From the NCBI GenBank assembly GCA_000806155.1, contig JWKX01000006.1, positions 4,446 to 68,445 of the forward strand: a stretch of DNA of 64,000 nt, in the 5' to 3' direction. The stretch comes from an archaeon GW2011_AR18. Its GTDB lineage: Archaea; Nanobdellota; Nanobdellia; SCGC-AAA011-G17; GW2011-AR18. Positions 29,376-39,515 of the stretch are shown here, one piece after another; the stretch's first letter is position 1; every line of letters starts with the position of its first letter. The notes under the pieces were generated by a model that did no database searches, was not told where the DNA came from, and saw only the letters and a list, made by a program, of their open reading frames with translations. The translations under genes were made by a program, and so were the position numbers.

Positions 29376-29397
29376 GCTCTCCTTCGGCTTCGCCTCA

Positions 29398-31248
29398 TTA
29401 GTTAGTTATCATTGAATAGTTTAATTTTAATATTCTTTTTACTGCTCTTATTATTGACTTATCATTTATTCCTTCTATTTCCATTAATTTTTCTTTTGTT
29501 CCTGAATGTGGCATCTCTCTTACACATAAATGTTCAAATTCTATATTATTTCCTGCACTTGCAGCCATTATCATCTCTCCAATTCCACCTTCTTTATAAT
29601 GATCTTCTACTATTACTACTTTGTTTCCTGATTTCTTCACTAATTCTATAAATCTTTTTGTATTGAATGGTTTTATACAATAACAATCTACTATTACAGT
29701 TTCTACATCATCCTGGCTTAATCTCTCAGCTGCTTTTATTGCTTCATGTACTGTTATTCCTGCTCCGACTATTACTGCTTTATCATTTTTTGATTGTTTT
29801 AATATTTTAAACTCTCCTAACTCAAATACCTCTCTATTATTATAGAGTACAGGTGTTTTTGGTCTTGTTGTTCTTATATATTTGATTCCTGATATATTTG
29901 ATGCTAGTAATGTTAGTTTTTCTGTTGATACTGCATCGCTTGGATATAATACTATACTTCTTGGTAATGCTCTGAATATTGCTATATCTTCTAATCCCAT
30001 TTGTGATGGTCCATCCTCTCCTATTGATGATCCTGCATGACTTCCTACTATTGTTAAATTTGCATTTGATATTGATGCCATTCTTATCTGATCATGTGCT
30101 CTTGATAAAAAACATGCAAAACTTGACGCAAACACATTATATCCTTTAACGCTCATTCCTAATGCCATGCTTATCATGTTCTGTTCTGCTATGTATGCTT
30201 CTACAAACCTGTTTGGATATGCTTTCTTTAGATCTTCAGCATGTGTTGAGTTTCCTACCTCTGCATCTGTTGCAACTATTAATGAATTATTTTTAGCTAG
30301 TTTTACTAGTGCTTTCCCATATGCCTCTCTTGTTGCTATATTATCATTTAGTTTATATTCTGGATTTGTATAATTATCATTCATTTTTATTTTATATCTG
30401 ATTTTTTTTGGTGTTTTTATTTTAAAATTTGGCATTTCTGGATTTTTTAATTCTTTTAGTGCTTTTTCTAATTCATGTTCTGTTAGTGCTTTCCCATGCC
30501 ATCCCTCTTTATCTTCTAGGAATGATACTCCCTTTCCTTTTAGTGTTTTAGCAATAATGACTGTTGGTCTTCTGTCTTTTCTTGCATTTCCTAATGATTT
30601 TTGTATTTGTTCAATATTATGTCCATCTATTACTACTGCATTCCATCCAAATCCTTCGAATCTTTTTTTATAAGCTTGTGTATCATGTCCTAGTAATGTC
30701 TCTCCACGTTGTCCTAGCCTGTTTACATCTATTATTGCACATAAGTTGTTTAGTTTGTAATGTGAAGCAATTTCTAGAGCCTCGTATACTGATCCTTCTG
30801 CACATTCTGAATCTCCTAGTAATACATATGTTCTGCATTTTCTTTTCTGCATTTTTGATGCTATTGCTATTCCTACTCCAACTCCTAATCCCTGTCCTAG
30901 TGATCCTGTTGCTACCTTGATCCATTTTAGTTGTGTAGGTAACGGATGTCCCTCTAATGGTGATCCATAACTTCTTAATGTGTTTAAATTATAGTCTATG
31001 CATCCTGATCTTGCTAATACTGAATATAATATTGGTGCTGCATGGCCTTTTGATAATATTAACTCATCATTATCTGGGTTTAATGCATTTTTTGTGTCAT
31101 ATGACATTTCGCTAAAGAATAATACACTTAATATTTCAGCAGATGATAAGCATGTTGTTGGATGTCCAGATGTAGCAGTTGTAGTCATTTTAAGAACATC
31201 TCTTCTTAGAATTGTTGCTATATCCTTTAATGCTTGTGTATTCACCAT
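29398..31248 (-). CDS. tkt: Transketolase
   Basis: 616 aa. N-terminal TATSGHPTTCLSSAEI. ThDP-binding architecture. Confidence 0.9.
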   Translation of the reverse strand: MVNTQALKDIATILRRDVLKMTTTATSGHPTTCLSSAEILSVLFFSEMSYDTKNALNPDNDELILSKGHAAPILYSVLARSGCIDYNLNTLRSYGSPLEGHPLPTQLKWIKVATGSLGQGLGVGVGIAIASKMQKRKCRTYVLLGDSECAEGSVYEALEIASHYKLNNLCAIIDVNRLGQRGETLLGHDTQAYKKRFEGFGWNAVVIDGHNIEQIQKSLGNARKDRRPTVIIAKTLKGKGVSFLEDKEGWHGKALTEHELEKALKELKNPEMPNFKIKTPKKIRYKIKMNDNYTNPEYKLNDNIATREAYGKALVKLAKNNSLIVATDAEVGNSTHAEDLKKAYPNRFVEAYIAEQNMISMALGMSVKGYNVFASSFACFLSRAHDQIRMASISNANLTIVGSHAGSSIGEDGPSQMGLEDIAIFRALPRSIVLYPSDAVSTEKLTLLASNISGIKYIRTTRPKTPVLYNNREVFELGEFKILKQSKNDKAVIVGAGITVHEAIKAAERLSQDDVETVIVDCYCIKPFNTKRFIELVKKSGNKVVIVEDHYKEGGIGEMIMAASAGNNIEFEHLCVREMPHSGTKEKLMEIEGINDKSIIRAVKRILKLNYSMITN

Positions 31249-31595
31249 CTTTTACTATTATTAGATAGGTTTTTATATTTAAAGTTATATGTTAAATTAT
31301 GTTTGGTGATTTACAACCTTCTTACTCTGAATGTTTAAGCAATAGTCTTACTGATCTTAGTTACTTGTTAACTATTGTGGTAATTTTAATTATAATCTAT
31401 TTTGTTTTATCAATAATCTCTTTTATTTATTATAAAAATAAGAAGAATTAATCATTATTTCAATGTTTAATTTGTATTTAAGTTTTTAGATTCTAGAAAA
31501 TTTTTAATCTCTTAGGATATTTGATTTTTTCACAAACACAAAGTTTATATACTTAGTATATATGTTATGTATATGTAAGATTGAGGTAAACAAAA

Positions 31596-31835
31596 ATGGT
31601 ACAAGCAATGATAGAAATTCCCGAACAAGCAAATCAAATATTAAACATAGTGAAAGCTAGATATAATTTAAAGACAAAAAGTGAAGCAATAGCTAAAATA
31701 GTTATAGATTATGGTGGAAACATTCTAGAGCCTGAATTAAGACCTGAATATTTAGAAAAACTTCAAAAAATAGAAAAAGAAAAGGGAATTAGTTTCAAGA
31801 GTATATCAGAATTAAGAAAAATCATAGAAGGCTAA
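31596..31835 (+). CDS. DUF2683-like small protein, putative antitoxin
   Basis: MVQAMIEIPEQANQILNIVKARYNLKTKSEAIAKIV. Immediately upstream of a RelE-like ORF. Confidence 0.5.
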   Translation: MVQAMIEIPEQANQILNIVKARYNLKTKSEAIAKIVIDYGGNILEPELRPEYLEKLQKIEKEKGISFKSISELRKIIEG

Positions 31836-31836
31836 A

Positions 31837-32109
31837 ATGTATGATTACGAAATAATGCCTGACTTACAAAGAATTCTTAACAGATTATTCAAAAAAGATA
31901 AAAACTATTATGAGCAGGTTATGAATAAGATTGAGGAAATAATTAATTCAGCAGAAGTAGAGCATTACAAAAACCTAAGGTATGATTTAAGTGATTATAA
32001 AAGAGTTCATATTGGACATTTTGTTCTCGTTTTTAAATTTGAAAAAGCAATCAACATGATTAAGTTTGTAGATTTTGATCATCATGATGTTATTTATAAG
32101 AAAAAATAG
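31837..32109 (+). CDS. RelE/ParE-family toxin
   Basis: YKRVHIGHFVLVFKFE...FDHHDVIYKKK. Confidence 0.65.
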   Translation: MYDYEIMPDLQRILNRLFKKDKNYYEQVMNKIEEIINSAEVEHYKNLRYDLSDYKRVHIGHFVLVFKFEKAINMIKFVDFDHHDVIYKKK

Positions 32110-32140
32110 AATTAACATATTTACAATTCTAATTTATGTA

Positions 32141-32764
32141 TCACTTAATGCAGATTTTTATTTTTCTTAGATTTTCTTTTATATCTTTAGAATCTTTCAG
32201 ATAACTTCCTATTGCAAATAAGTTTGCTCCTGCTTTTTTACATAACTTTAGTGTTTCTGGATTTATATGTCCGTCTACTTCTATATCTTTTTTATAATCC
32301 ATTCTTAACATTTTTATCTTTTCTAATGTTTCTTCTAAAAATTCTGCTCCGTATTGCCCTGGATGTACTGTTAATATCAATACTCTATCTAATTGTTTCA
32401 AATAGGGCATTATATGCATTATTGATGTTTCTGGGTTTAGTGCAAATCCTATTTTCTTATGTTTTGATTTTACAAATTTTATTAGTTTTTCAGGATTTTT
32501 CACTTTCTCATAATTTGCGATTATTATTTTATAGTCTTTATAGTGTTTTTTTGTCCATTCTTCTGGATTATTTACCATTAAATGTGCTTCATATGTATAT
32601 TTTTTATCTAATTTTAATTTATAATTATTTGATGTATTTTTTACAAATTTCCCATCCATTATATCTACTTGGTAGTGTTTGAAGTATTTTGAATATTTTT
32701 TTATTATTTCATCAAATTCTTTCTGATTTTTTGATATTATTGTGGGTATTATCTGTGTTTTCAT
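32141..32764 (-). CDS. rpe: Ribulose-phosphate 3-epimerase
   Basis: QVDIMDGKFVKN motif. About 207 aa. Confidence 0.85.
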   Translation of the reverse strand: MKTQIIPTIISKNQKEFDEIIKKYSKYFKHYQVDIMDGKFVKNTSNNYKLKLDKKYTYEAHLMVNNPEEWTKKHYKDYKIIIANYEKVKNPEKLIKFVKSKHKKIGFALNPETSIMHIMPYLKQLDRVLILTVHPGQYGAEFLEETLEKIKMLRMDYKKDIEVDGHINPETLKLCKKAGANLFAIGSYLKDSKDIKENLRKIKICIK

Positions 32765-32811
32765 TTTTCTCGTGTTTTATTTTTATAACAACTGTCTTTT
32801 TTATAATACAC

Positions 32812-33252
32812 TCATTTCTCCAGTCTCTTTATCTGGTTTATTCTTCTTTTGTACTTATTTTTTGTCTTTAGTTTAGTTTCTATGAATGTTTTTATCATTT
32901 TCTTTGCTGTTTCTAGTTTTGTTGTTCCCTGTAAGCATATTATATTTGCATCATCATCACTTCTAGAAAGTTTCGCATCTTTAACATTCTCACATAATGC
33001 TGCTCTTATTCCTTTTACTTTATTTGCAGCTATTGATATTCCCTGTCCTGATCCGCATATTAATATTCCAAAACTTTTTCCTTCACTTACAGCTAATCCT
33101 ACTCTTGTTGCATATATTGGGTAATCGTCATTTTTATCATATATTGTATTCCCTAAGTCTATTACATCATATTTTTTTTCTAAATGTTCTAATAATTGAT
33201 TCTTCAACTTAAATCCTCTATGATCTGCTCCGATATATACTCTTTTTTTCAT
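32812..33252 (-). CDS. rpiB: Ribose-5-phosphate isomerase B
   Basis: MKKRVYIGADHRGFKLKNQLLEHL...DLG RpiB/LacAB signature. Confidence 0.85.
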   Translation of the reverse strand: MKKRVYIGADHRGFKLKNQLLEHLEKKYDVIDLGNTIYDKNDDYPIYATRVGLAVSEGKSFGILICGSGQGISIAANKVKGIRAALCENVKDAKLSRSDDDANIICLQGTTKLETAKKMIKTFIETKLKTKNKYKRRINQIKRLEK

Positions 33253-33800
33253 CTTAATGCCTCTTTTATTAACTCTGGAAATTCTTCTGTTTTCATATCT
33301 TCAAGTGTATAATGTCCCTTGCCTTTTAATTCTATAATCTTTCCCTCTAATGCTTTATGGAACATTTTCAAGCTTTCTTTACCCTCATCATCTTCATTAT
33401 CTGCAGTAAACATGATTATCTCTTTAACTCTGGATTTTATTGTATTATCAATCTTATATTCATAAAATTCATTTCTTAGATTATCATCTTCAGTAGCTAT
33501 TTTCCATGGTGCTACTAATATTAATTTTTTTATTTTAATCTTATTCTCACTTAACCATCTGACTAAAAATGAGCAACCACAGCTATGTCCTATTAATATT
33601 GTATTCTCGTTTACTTCATATCTCTCAAATTCATCTCTGAAGTTTTCATATACTGGTTTCCAGCATTTAGGCATTAATGGTGTCTCAGTTTTAATTTCAT
33701 TTGATATAAGTTGTTTTTTTGTCCATTGTATCCAATGCTTAGAGTAGGTTTTATCATTCTTATCATCAGCACATCCATGTATTATAAGACAGTTTTTCAT
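33249..33800 (-). CDS. RBBP9/YdeN-like alpha/beta serine hydrolase
   Basis: LIIHG...GHSCG (GxSxG)...LVAP. Overlaps the rpiB start (ATGA). Confidence 0.55.
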   Translation of the reverse strand: MKNCLIIHGCADDKNDKTYSKHWIQWTKKQLISNEIKTETPLMPKCWKPVYENFRDEFERYEVNENTILIGHSCGCSFLVRWLSENKIKIKKLILVAPWKIATEDDNLRNEFYEYKIDNTIKSRVKEIIMFTADNEDDEGKESLKMFHKALEGKIIELKGKGHYTLEDMKTEEFPELIKEALR

Positions 33801-33818
33801 TTTTTCCTCTTTAGTTGT

Positions 33819-34682
33819 CTATCTTGTTATTTGCTTATAACTCTTTTTATTTACTGTTAAGGTTATATCAGCCCCTAATACTAATAAAGCAGTTATCCAT
33901 AATATCCACTCATTTTCTATTTTCATTGTCATTAATCCATAGAATGCATAGATATGGAATGGTATTCTTATCAGATGTATCAAATAATCATTTCTATTTT
34001 TTGTTTTTCTTTTCTCTGATCCTAGAGTTCCTACTATTATGAACAGAACTATTAATCCTAATAATAGATATAATTCTGTAAACTTAGTTAATCTGAATAT
34101 TTTTTCTATAAAATCTACTAAATAGAACAAAAATAAGAATATTAGATAAGAAATTACTGGTATTGTATAATAGATTAGTTCATTTTTACTATTTTTTTCT
34201 TGTAAATATCTGAAAACATAGCAAAATACAAAAGCTACTAGTAGCCATCCGATGAAATTGTTTGCTGGAACTCCAAAAAATCCTTCTGTTAATGAATATT
34301 GGTTCCAATACCATAGTTTTTCTCTTATTGCTATCACATCAACACTTAAATCTATTGATAAAACTAAAATAGCGTCGATGAATGGTTTATATTTATTTTT
34401 TATATTTAGCTTGTCAGTTATCAGCATTGCACTTAATATAATCATTCCCCATGATAATATCACAAATAATGGTGTATCAAATGCATAAAACATGAAATTT
34501 GTATTGTAAAAGTATCCTCCAACTTCATTTTTTGATAGATATATGTTGAAATTTTCAAATATTATTGCAAAAATTGTTGCTAAACTTAATATTTTTACTC
34601 TGTATCTGTCTTTTCTTATCAAAAATAATATTAAAAAATATAGAATTATTATAAAAACTTCGATTACTAAAAAATTTTTCAT
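33819..34682 (-). CDS. Polytopic membrane protein (hypothetical)
   Basis: About 8 TM segments. Confidence 0.4.
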   Translation of the reverse strand: MKNFLVIEVFIIILYFLILFLIRKDRYRVKILSLATIFAIIFENFNIYLSKNEVGGYFYNTNFMFYAFDTPLFVILSWGMIILSAMLITDKLNIKNKYKPFIDAILVLSIDLSVDVIAIREKLWYWNQYSLTEGFFGVPANNFIGWLLVAFVFCYVFRYLQEKNSKNELIYYTIPVISYLIFLFLFYLVDFIEKIFRLTKFTELYLLLGLIVLFIIVGTLGSEKRKTKNRNDYLIHLIRIPFHIYAFYGLMTMKIENEWILWITALLVLGADITLTVNKKSYKQITR

Positions 34683-34830
34683 TGTTATTCTACGGATTTT
34701 CCTTTTATTTAATATTTTCTAATTTTTTTCCGTCGGGTTTGTAAAATTTTTTCTTTGAAAATAAAAAGATATTTAAATAACTTCATGTACCATTATATAT
34801 AATTAAAAATAGATAAACAAAAACACAAAA

Positions 34831-35829
34831 ATGAACATAGTATATTTGCATTGTCCTGAAGAAATTGAAAAGGACATCGATGGAATTTCAGTAACAGAGA
34901 AAGGAATCTACACTGCTGATAAGTATTTGATAGATAGACTAAGATCATCTGGTCATAATGTTGATTTAGTTGAATTTTCTGAAAACTTCGTTGATGATAT
35001 CAAAAAAATCAATCCTGAATTCATCTTTAATGGTATTGATACCTTCGATGGTGTTGAGATCAATGATAGGATATTGAAACAGATAGAGTCAACTGGTATT
35101 CCTTTTAGTGGTTGTAATTCAGATGTTATGAAATTGTTGACTGACAAGACTGTTGCTAAGGAATTTTTCAAGAAATGTAATGCTAGAACTGCTGATTATC
35201 AAATTTTTACTAAAGTTGACACAAAACTTAACTCTAATCTAGCATTTCCTTTAATTCTTAAACCAGTTGAGACTGATTCATCTGTTGGTGTTGATGAAGA
35301 CTCAGTTGTGAATAATGAAGCTGAATTATATAAGAAATTAGAGGAAACTCTTCCTAAATATGGTAATATGTTCGCTGAAGAATATATTAATGGCAGAGAA
35401 TTCTGTGTTCCTGTTATTTTTAGTCATGGTTATGCTGAAATTTTCCCTATTTTAGAGATTGATTTCACTGAACATTTTGAAGATAAACCTAAGATATTGT
35501 CTTACAAAGCTAAATGGAGCAAGAATACTAATGCTTTCAAGAATACTTATTCAAGGGTCCAGGAAATAGAACCTGAAGTTTCATCAAAAATTAAGGAAAT
35601 TGTTAATAAGATAGTATCTAAATTCCCTGGAACTGGTTATTGTTCTGTTGATATTAGATACGACGATAGTCCTTGTGTTCTTGAGGTTAATCCTAACTGT
35701 TACTTAGCTGTTGAATCTGACTTTATCAAATCAGCTAAGGCTGCAGGTCTTACTTCAAATGAATTTATGGATAAATTAGTCTCTTTGAATAGGATGATTA
35801 AGGCTGAAGTTCAGCATATTGAGAATTAA
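34831..35829 (+). CDS. ATP-grasp enzyme, D-Ala-D-Ala ligase-like
   Basis: ATP-grasp layout: KPVETDSSVGV, EEYINGREF, CSVDIRYD...VLEVNPN. Confidence 0.6.
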   Translation: MNIVYLHCPEEIEKDIDGISVTEKGIYTADKYLIDRLRSSGHNVDLVEFSENFVDDIKKINPEFIFNGIDTFDGVEINDRILKQIESTGIPFSGCNSDVMKLLTDKTVAKEFFKKCNARTADYQIFTKVDTKLNSNLAFPLILKPVETDSSVGVDEDSVVNNEAELYKKLEETLPKYGNMFAEEYINGREFCVPVIFSHGYAEIFPILEIDFTEHFEDKPKILSYKAKWSKNTNAFKNTYSRVQEIEPEVSSKIKEIVNKIVSKFPGTGYCSVDIRYDDSPCVLEVNPNCYLAVESDFIKSAKAAGLTSNEFMDKLVSLNRMIKAEVQHIEN

Positions 35830-35892
35830 TTCTTACCTCTACATTTTAAGTAAAATAACAAAATATATAAACTTGTAGAGGTAAATAAATTC

Positions 35893-36777
35893 ATGGTTAT
35901 ATTAAAAACTAAGGCTATTAATGGAGAAAGATACTACTATTTAGAACATTCTTATAGAGAAAACAATAAAGTCAATAAAAAAGAGGTATATCTAGGTAAG
36001 AATATTCCAGATAACATTGAAGACCTAAAAAAAGAGTTCATTGATCAGGTTTACAAAGAAAAATGGCATTCTATAATAGAAAAAATAAAGTCTAATTACT
36101 CTAAACAACTGAAAGATATGCCTGTTTCTATCAAAGAGAGAAATACTGAGTCTTTTATGGTAAAGTTTACTTATGACACTCAAAGAATTGAAGGTTCTAC
36201 ACTTTCCTTGAAAGATACTGCAAATTTATTAGAGAGAGGCATTACTCCAAGTAATAAACCTATTAATGATATTAAAGAAGCTGAAGCTCATAAGAAAGTT
36301 TTCTATGATATGATTAAATGCAAAAAAGAATTATCTTTAACATTAATCTTATATTGGCACAAGGTATTATTTGAAGATACTAAGAAAGATATTGCTGGAA
36401 TGCTAAGGAAACATCAGGTTGTTATTTCAGGAAGCAAATTCATGCCTCCATCTCCAGTTGAAGTTTATCTATTAATAACTGAGTTCTTTAAATGGTATTC
36501 TAATAATAAAAAAAAGATTCATCCAGTTGAATTAGCATCTTTAGTTCATTTGAAGTTTGTTACTATTCATCCATTTGGTGATGGTAATGGAAGGATTTCA
36601 AGATTAATGATGAATTATGTATTAAATTGTAATAAATTCCCTATGTTAGACATTCCATATGAGAATAGGAATAGTTACTATAATGCTTTAGAAAGATCAC
36701 AGACTAAAAAGTCAGACAATATATTCATTCAATGGTTCATTAAGAATTATATTAAAGAGAATAAGAGATATAATTAA
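35893..36777 (+). CDS. Fic/DOC family protein
   Basis: Fic motif HPFGDGNGRISR. Confidence 0.85.
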   Translation: MVILKTKAINGERYYYLEHSYRENNKVNKKEVYLGKNIPDNIEDLKKEFIDQVYKEKWHSIIEKIKSNYSKQLKDMPVSIKERNTESFMVKFTYDTQRIEGSTLSLKDTANLLERGITPSNKPINDIKEAEAHKKVFYDMIKCKKELSLTLILYWHKVLFEDTKKDIAGMLRKHQVVISGSKFMPPSPVEVYLLITEFFKWYSNNKKKIHPVELASLVHLKFVTIHPFGDGNGRISRLMMNYVLNCNKFPMLDIPYENRNSYYNALERSQTKKSDNIFIQWFIKNYIKENKRYN

Positions 36778-37085
36778 TCTTTAACTTTTTCTTCAAGTTT
36801 TGCTGTTGGAGGATAATCTGAAGTTATTACTACATCAAATTTTCCTGAATCTAAGTTTTGTTTTACTTTAGCCAAACTTTCTTGAATATCATCTCTTCCA
36901 ACTACACAATTAGTTCTATAAGTATTATTATTGAGTTTTATTGTTAATTCATATTTATCTTCTACGTATGATTCTTCTCTGAAATATATTTTTACTTTTG
37001 TCGGGTTATATATCACACTTACATCAATAGAACTTTCCTCTACAATAACATCATCAACTATCCTTGGTGTTCTTATATGATCCAT
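36774..37085 (-). CDS. Hypothetical protein
   Basis: ORF of 103 aa. Confidence 0.35.
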   Translation of the reverse strand: MDHIRTPRIVDDVIVEESSIDVSVIYNPTKVKIYFREESYVEDKYELTIKLNNNTYRTNCVVGRDDIQESLAKVKQNLDSGKFDVVITSDYPPTAKLEEKVKD

Positions 37086-37110
37086 GATATTTTATATTAT
37101 TAATAGTATA

Positions 37111-39024
37111 TTAACTCTTCCTTAACACATCTTCTACATAAGCTCTTGTTATCTCTGCTATGCTTAAACAACTAGATACATTCCCTATAGCATTATACGG
37201 ATTTTTTCCCTCATACATTTCAGATAGTGTTCCTATTCCATTATTCTTTAGATTATTCTTGACTATTTTCATGATTTTTTCTTCCATTTCTACTATTGCT
37301 TTCATTGTATTTTCATGTAATCTCATATATGCTGTTACATAGAATCCCAATAAATATCCCCATACTACCCCATTATAATATGTTTTTTTGTTCTCTTTCT
37401 CAATTTTTCCTATGAATCTATGATCTTTGTAGCTTAATGTCCTTAATCCAACAGGAGTTAGTAGTTCTTCCGTTACTTTTTTTAACACATGATACTCTCT
37501 GTTCCTCTCTAATATCCTGAATGGTAATCCTAATACTATTATCTGATTAGGTCTTACGCTTATATCATTATTTTTATCTGTGATTACATCATATAAGCAT
37601 TTTTCATGTCTGTTCCAGAATTTTTTATTGAATGATTCTTTTACCTGTTCTGCTAATCTATAATACTTTAATGTCGTATCCCCTATTTTTAGGCTGAAAA
37701 AGTCCATTATTCTTAGTGCATTGTACCATAATGCATTTACCTCTACTGCTTTTCCCTTTCTTATTGTTGAATTTGAATCCATCCATGTCATTGGTTCTAT
37801 GTTATTTACATTCAATAATCCATCTAAGTCTACTTTTATCCCATGGTCTGTTCCATAATAATAGTAATGTATCACATCTCTCATTTTTTCCCATAATTGT
37901 TCTTTTATAAAATTTAGATTGTTTGTATATTGATAATATTTATAGACTGAATATATGAACCATAAACTTGCATCTGCTGAATTATTTTCTATTAATCCAT
38001 TTTTCTTTATATTTATCGGTACTAATCCATTTACCATATTATCTGAATAGTATTTCAGTATTTTTTGTGCATCTTCAAATCTTGAAGTAACTAAACATAA
38101 TCCACTTAAAGCAATAAGTGCTTCTCTCCCATTTTCTCTTCCTTCAGGATAATTTGATGCAATTTTCAGATTTCCATGATCTATTTTTAAGAAACTATTA
38201 GATGATTGTATTAAATATGGTAATAAGTAATCTGCTTTTATATTGTTATATTCATATGTCCCTCTTATTATTGATTTTATTCTGTCTGCCTCATGTATGA
38301 AGAAGTTTTCATAATATCTCTCATTTGTTGAATACAGATTATTGAATGTCTCATATGCTTTTTTTTCACTGTCTGCTGTACATATTATGTTTATCTTATT
38401 TAATCCTTTTCTTATATTATACTCAAAATATCCGGGATTATAGACTAATTCTTTTACATTGTAATAATCCTCTTCACTATACTCTATTGCGTCAAATGCA
38501 CTATCTTCTTTATATTCTGCTTTATCACTTCCAATTATTATTGCTGATTTTATGTTTATTGGTTTTATTACTACAGTATTCCTGTTTGCTATTTGTTTGT
38601 AATCATTTAATTCATTGCTTATCTTATCACTCTCTCTTGAGTTTACATATGGTTTTATCCGTATTTTACATTCTTTGTTTGAATATATCTTATAAGAGAT
38701 TATTACTGTATTATGCAAATGTGGCATTACTATTGATTTTATTATCTCTATCCCTTCATGTTTTAAATTAATTGTCGGATAGATATTTAGTAAGAAGCTC
38801 TCTATCTCAGGTTTTACTAGTTTATTGTCTATTATTAGTTCTTCATTGATTTGTGATAAGAATAAGTATTTTTTATTATTTATCTCAGTTATCAATAATC
38901 CTTGATGTTTTTTTACATTATTGCATGATATTGTTGTATTTGCATATCCTCCAAGAGAATTTGTCAATATCCACTCTGCACTTCTTGCTTTTTCCTCACA
39001 CTCTTTTTTACTGAATACTAGCAT
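37111..39024 (-). CDS. Archaeal-type glycogen debranching enzyme (GDE_N plus amylo-alpha-1,6-glucosidase)
   Basis: N-terminal WILTNSLGGYA...HQGLL matches GDE_N. Large (alpha/alpha)6-like C-domain. Confidence 0.65.
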   Translation of the reverse strand: MLVFSKKECEEKARSAEWILTNSLGGYANTTISCNNVKKHQGLLITEINNKKYLFLSQINEELIIDNKLVKPEIESFLLNIYPTINLKHEGIEIIKSIVMPHLHNTVIISYKIYSNKECKIRIKPYVNSRESDKISNELNDYKQIANRNTVVIKPINIKSAIIIGSDKAEYKEDSAFDAIEYSEEDYYNVKELVYNPGYFEYNIRKGLNKINIICTADSEKKAYETFNNLYSTNERYYENFFIHEADRIKSIIRGTYEYNNIKADYLLPYLIQSSNSFLKIDHGNLKIASNYPEGRENGREALIALSGLCLVTSRFEDAQKILKYYSDNMVNGLVPINIKKNGLIENNSADASLWFIYSVYKYYQYTNNLNFIKEQLWEKMRDVIHYYYYGTDHGIKVDLDGLLNVNNIEPMTWMDSNSTIRKGKAVEVNALWYNALRIMDFFSLKIGDTTLKYYRLAEQVKESFNKKFWNRHEKCLYDVITDKNNDISVRPNQIIVLGLPFRILERNREYHVLKKVTEELLTPVGLRTLSYKDHRFIGKIEKENKKTYYNGVVWGYLLGFYVTAYMRLHENTMKAIVEMEEKIMKIVKNNLKNNGIGTLSEMYEGKNPYNAIGNVSSCLSIAEITRAYVEDVLRKS

Positions 39025-39104
39025 AAGAAAATATATTATAGAATTGGTATTTTAATGTTTCTTATGTAAAAAGGTTTAATAACAAGTTTATAATTTTATA
39101 ATTA

Positions 39105-39362
39105 ATGACTAATAAAATTAAGGAATTATTCTTAAATACTCCTGAAAAGTATTGGTTCATTATATTTGGTTATCATATTCATAAATCATTTTGGGGCGTA
39201 TTATTTATTATTCTAGGTATAATAGTCTTTAATTTATTCTCTAAATTTTTTGGCATTGTATTATTAATATTAGGACTTCTTATTACAACATTATCGATTT
39301 GTGGTCATATTTATACTAATAATAAACCATACTTTAAATTGTGGGATAAGTATAATAAATAA
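39105..39362 (+). CDS. Small membrane protein
   Basis: Two TM helices. Confidence 0.3.
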   Translation: MTNKIKELFLNTPEKYWFIIFGYHIHKSFWGVLFIILGIIVFNLFSKFFGIVLLILGLLITTLSICGHIYTNNKPYFKLWDKYNK

Positions 39363-39515
39363 TTAAAATATAATTCTCTTAAAATCTTCCCCATTTCCTA
39401 TGAGTGCAACTGGTGTTTTTAATCTTTCTTCTAAAACTCTTTTCAGTCTTGAAACTTCTGAAGGTAAATCTTTCATAAATACTATATCATGAGTATTCTC
39501 CATAGAGCCAAATCT

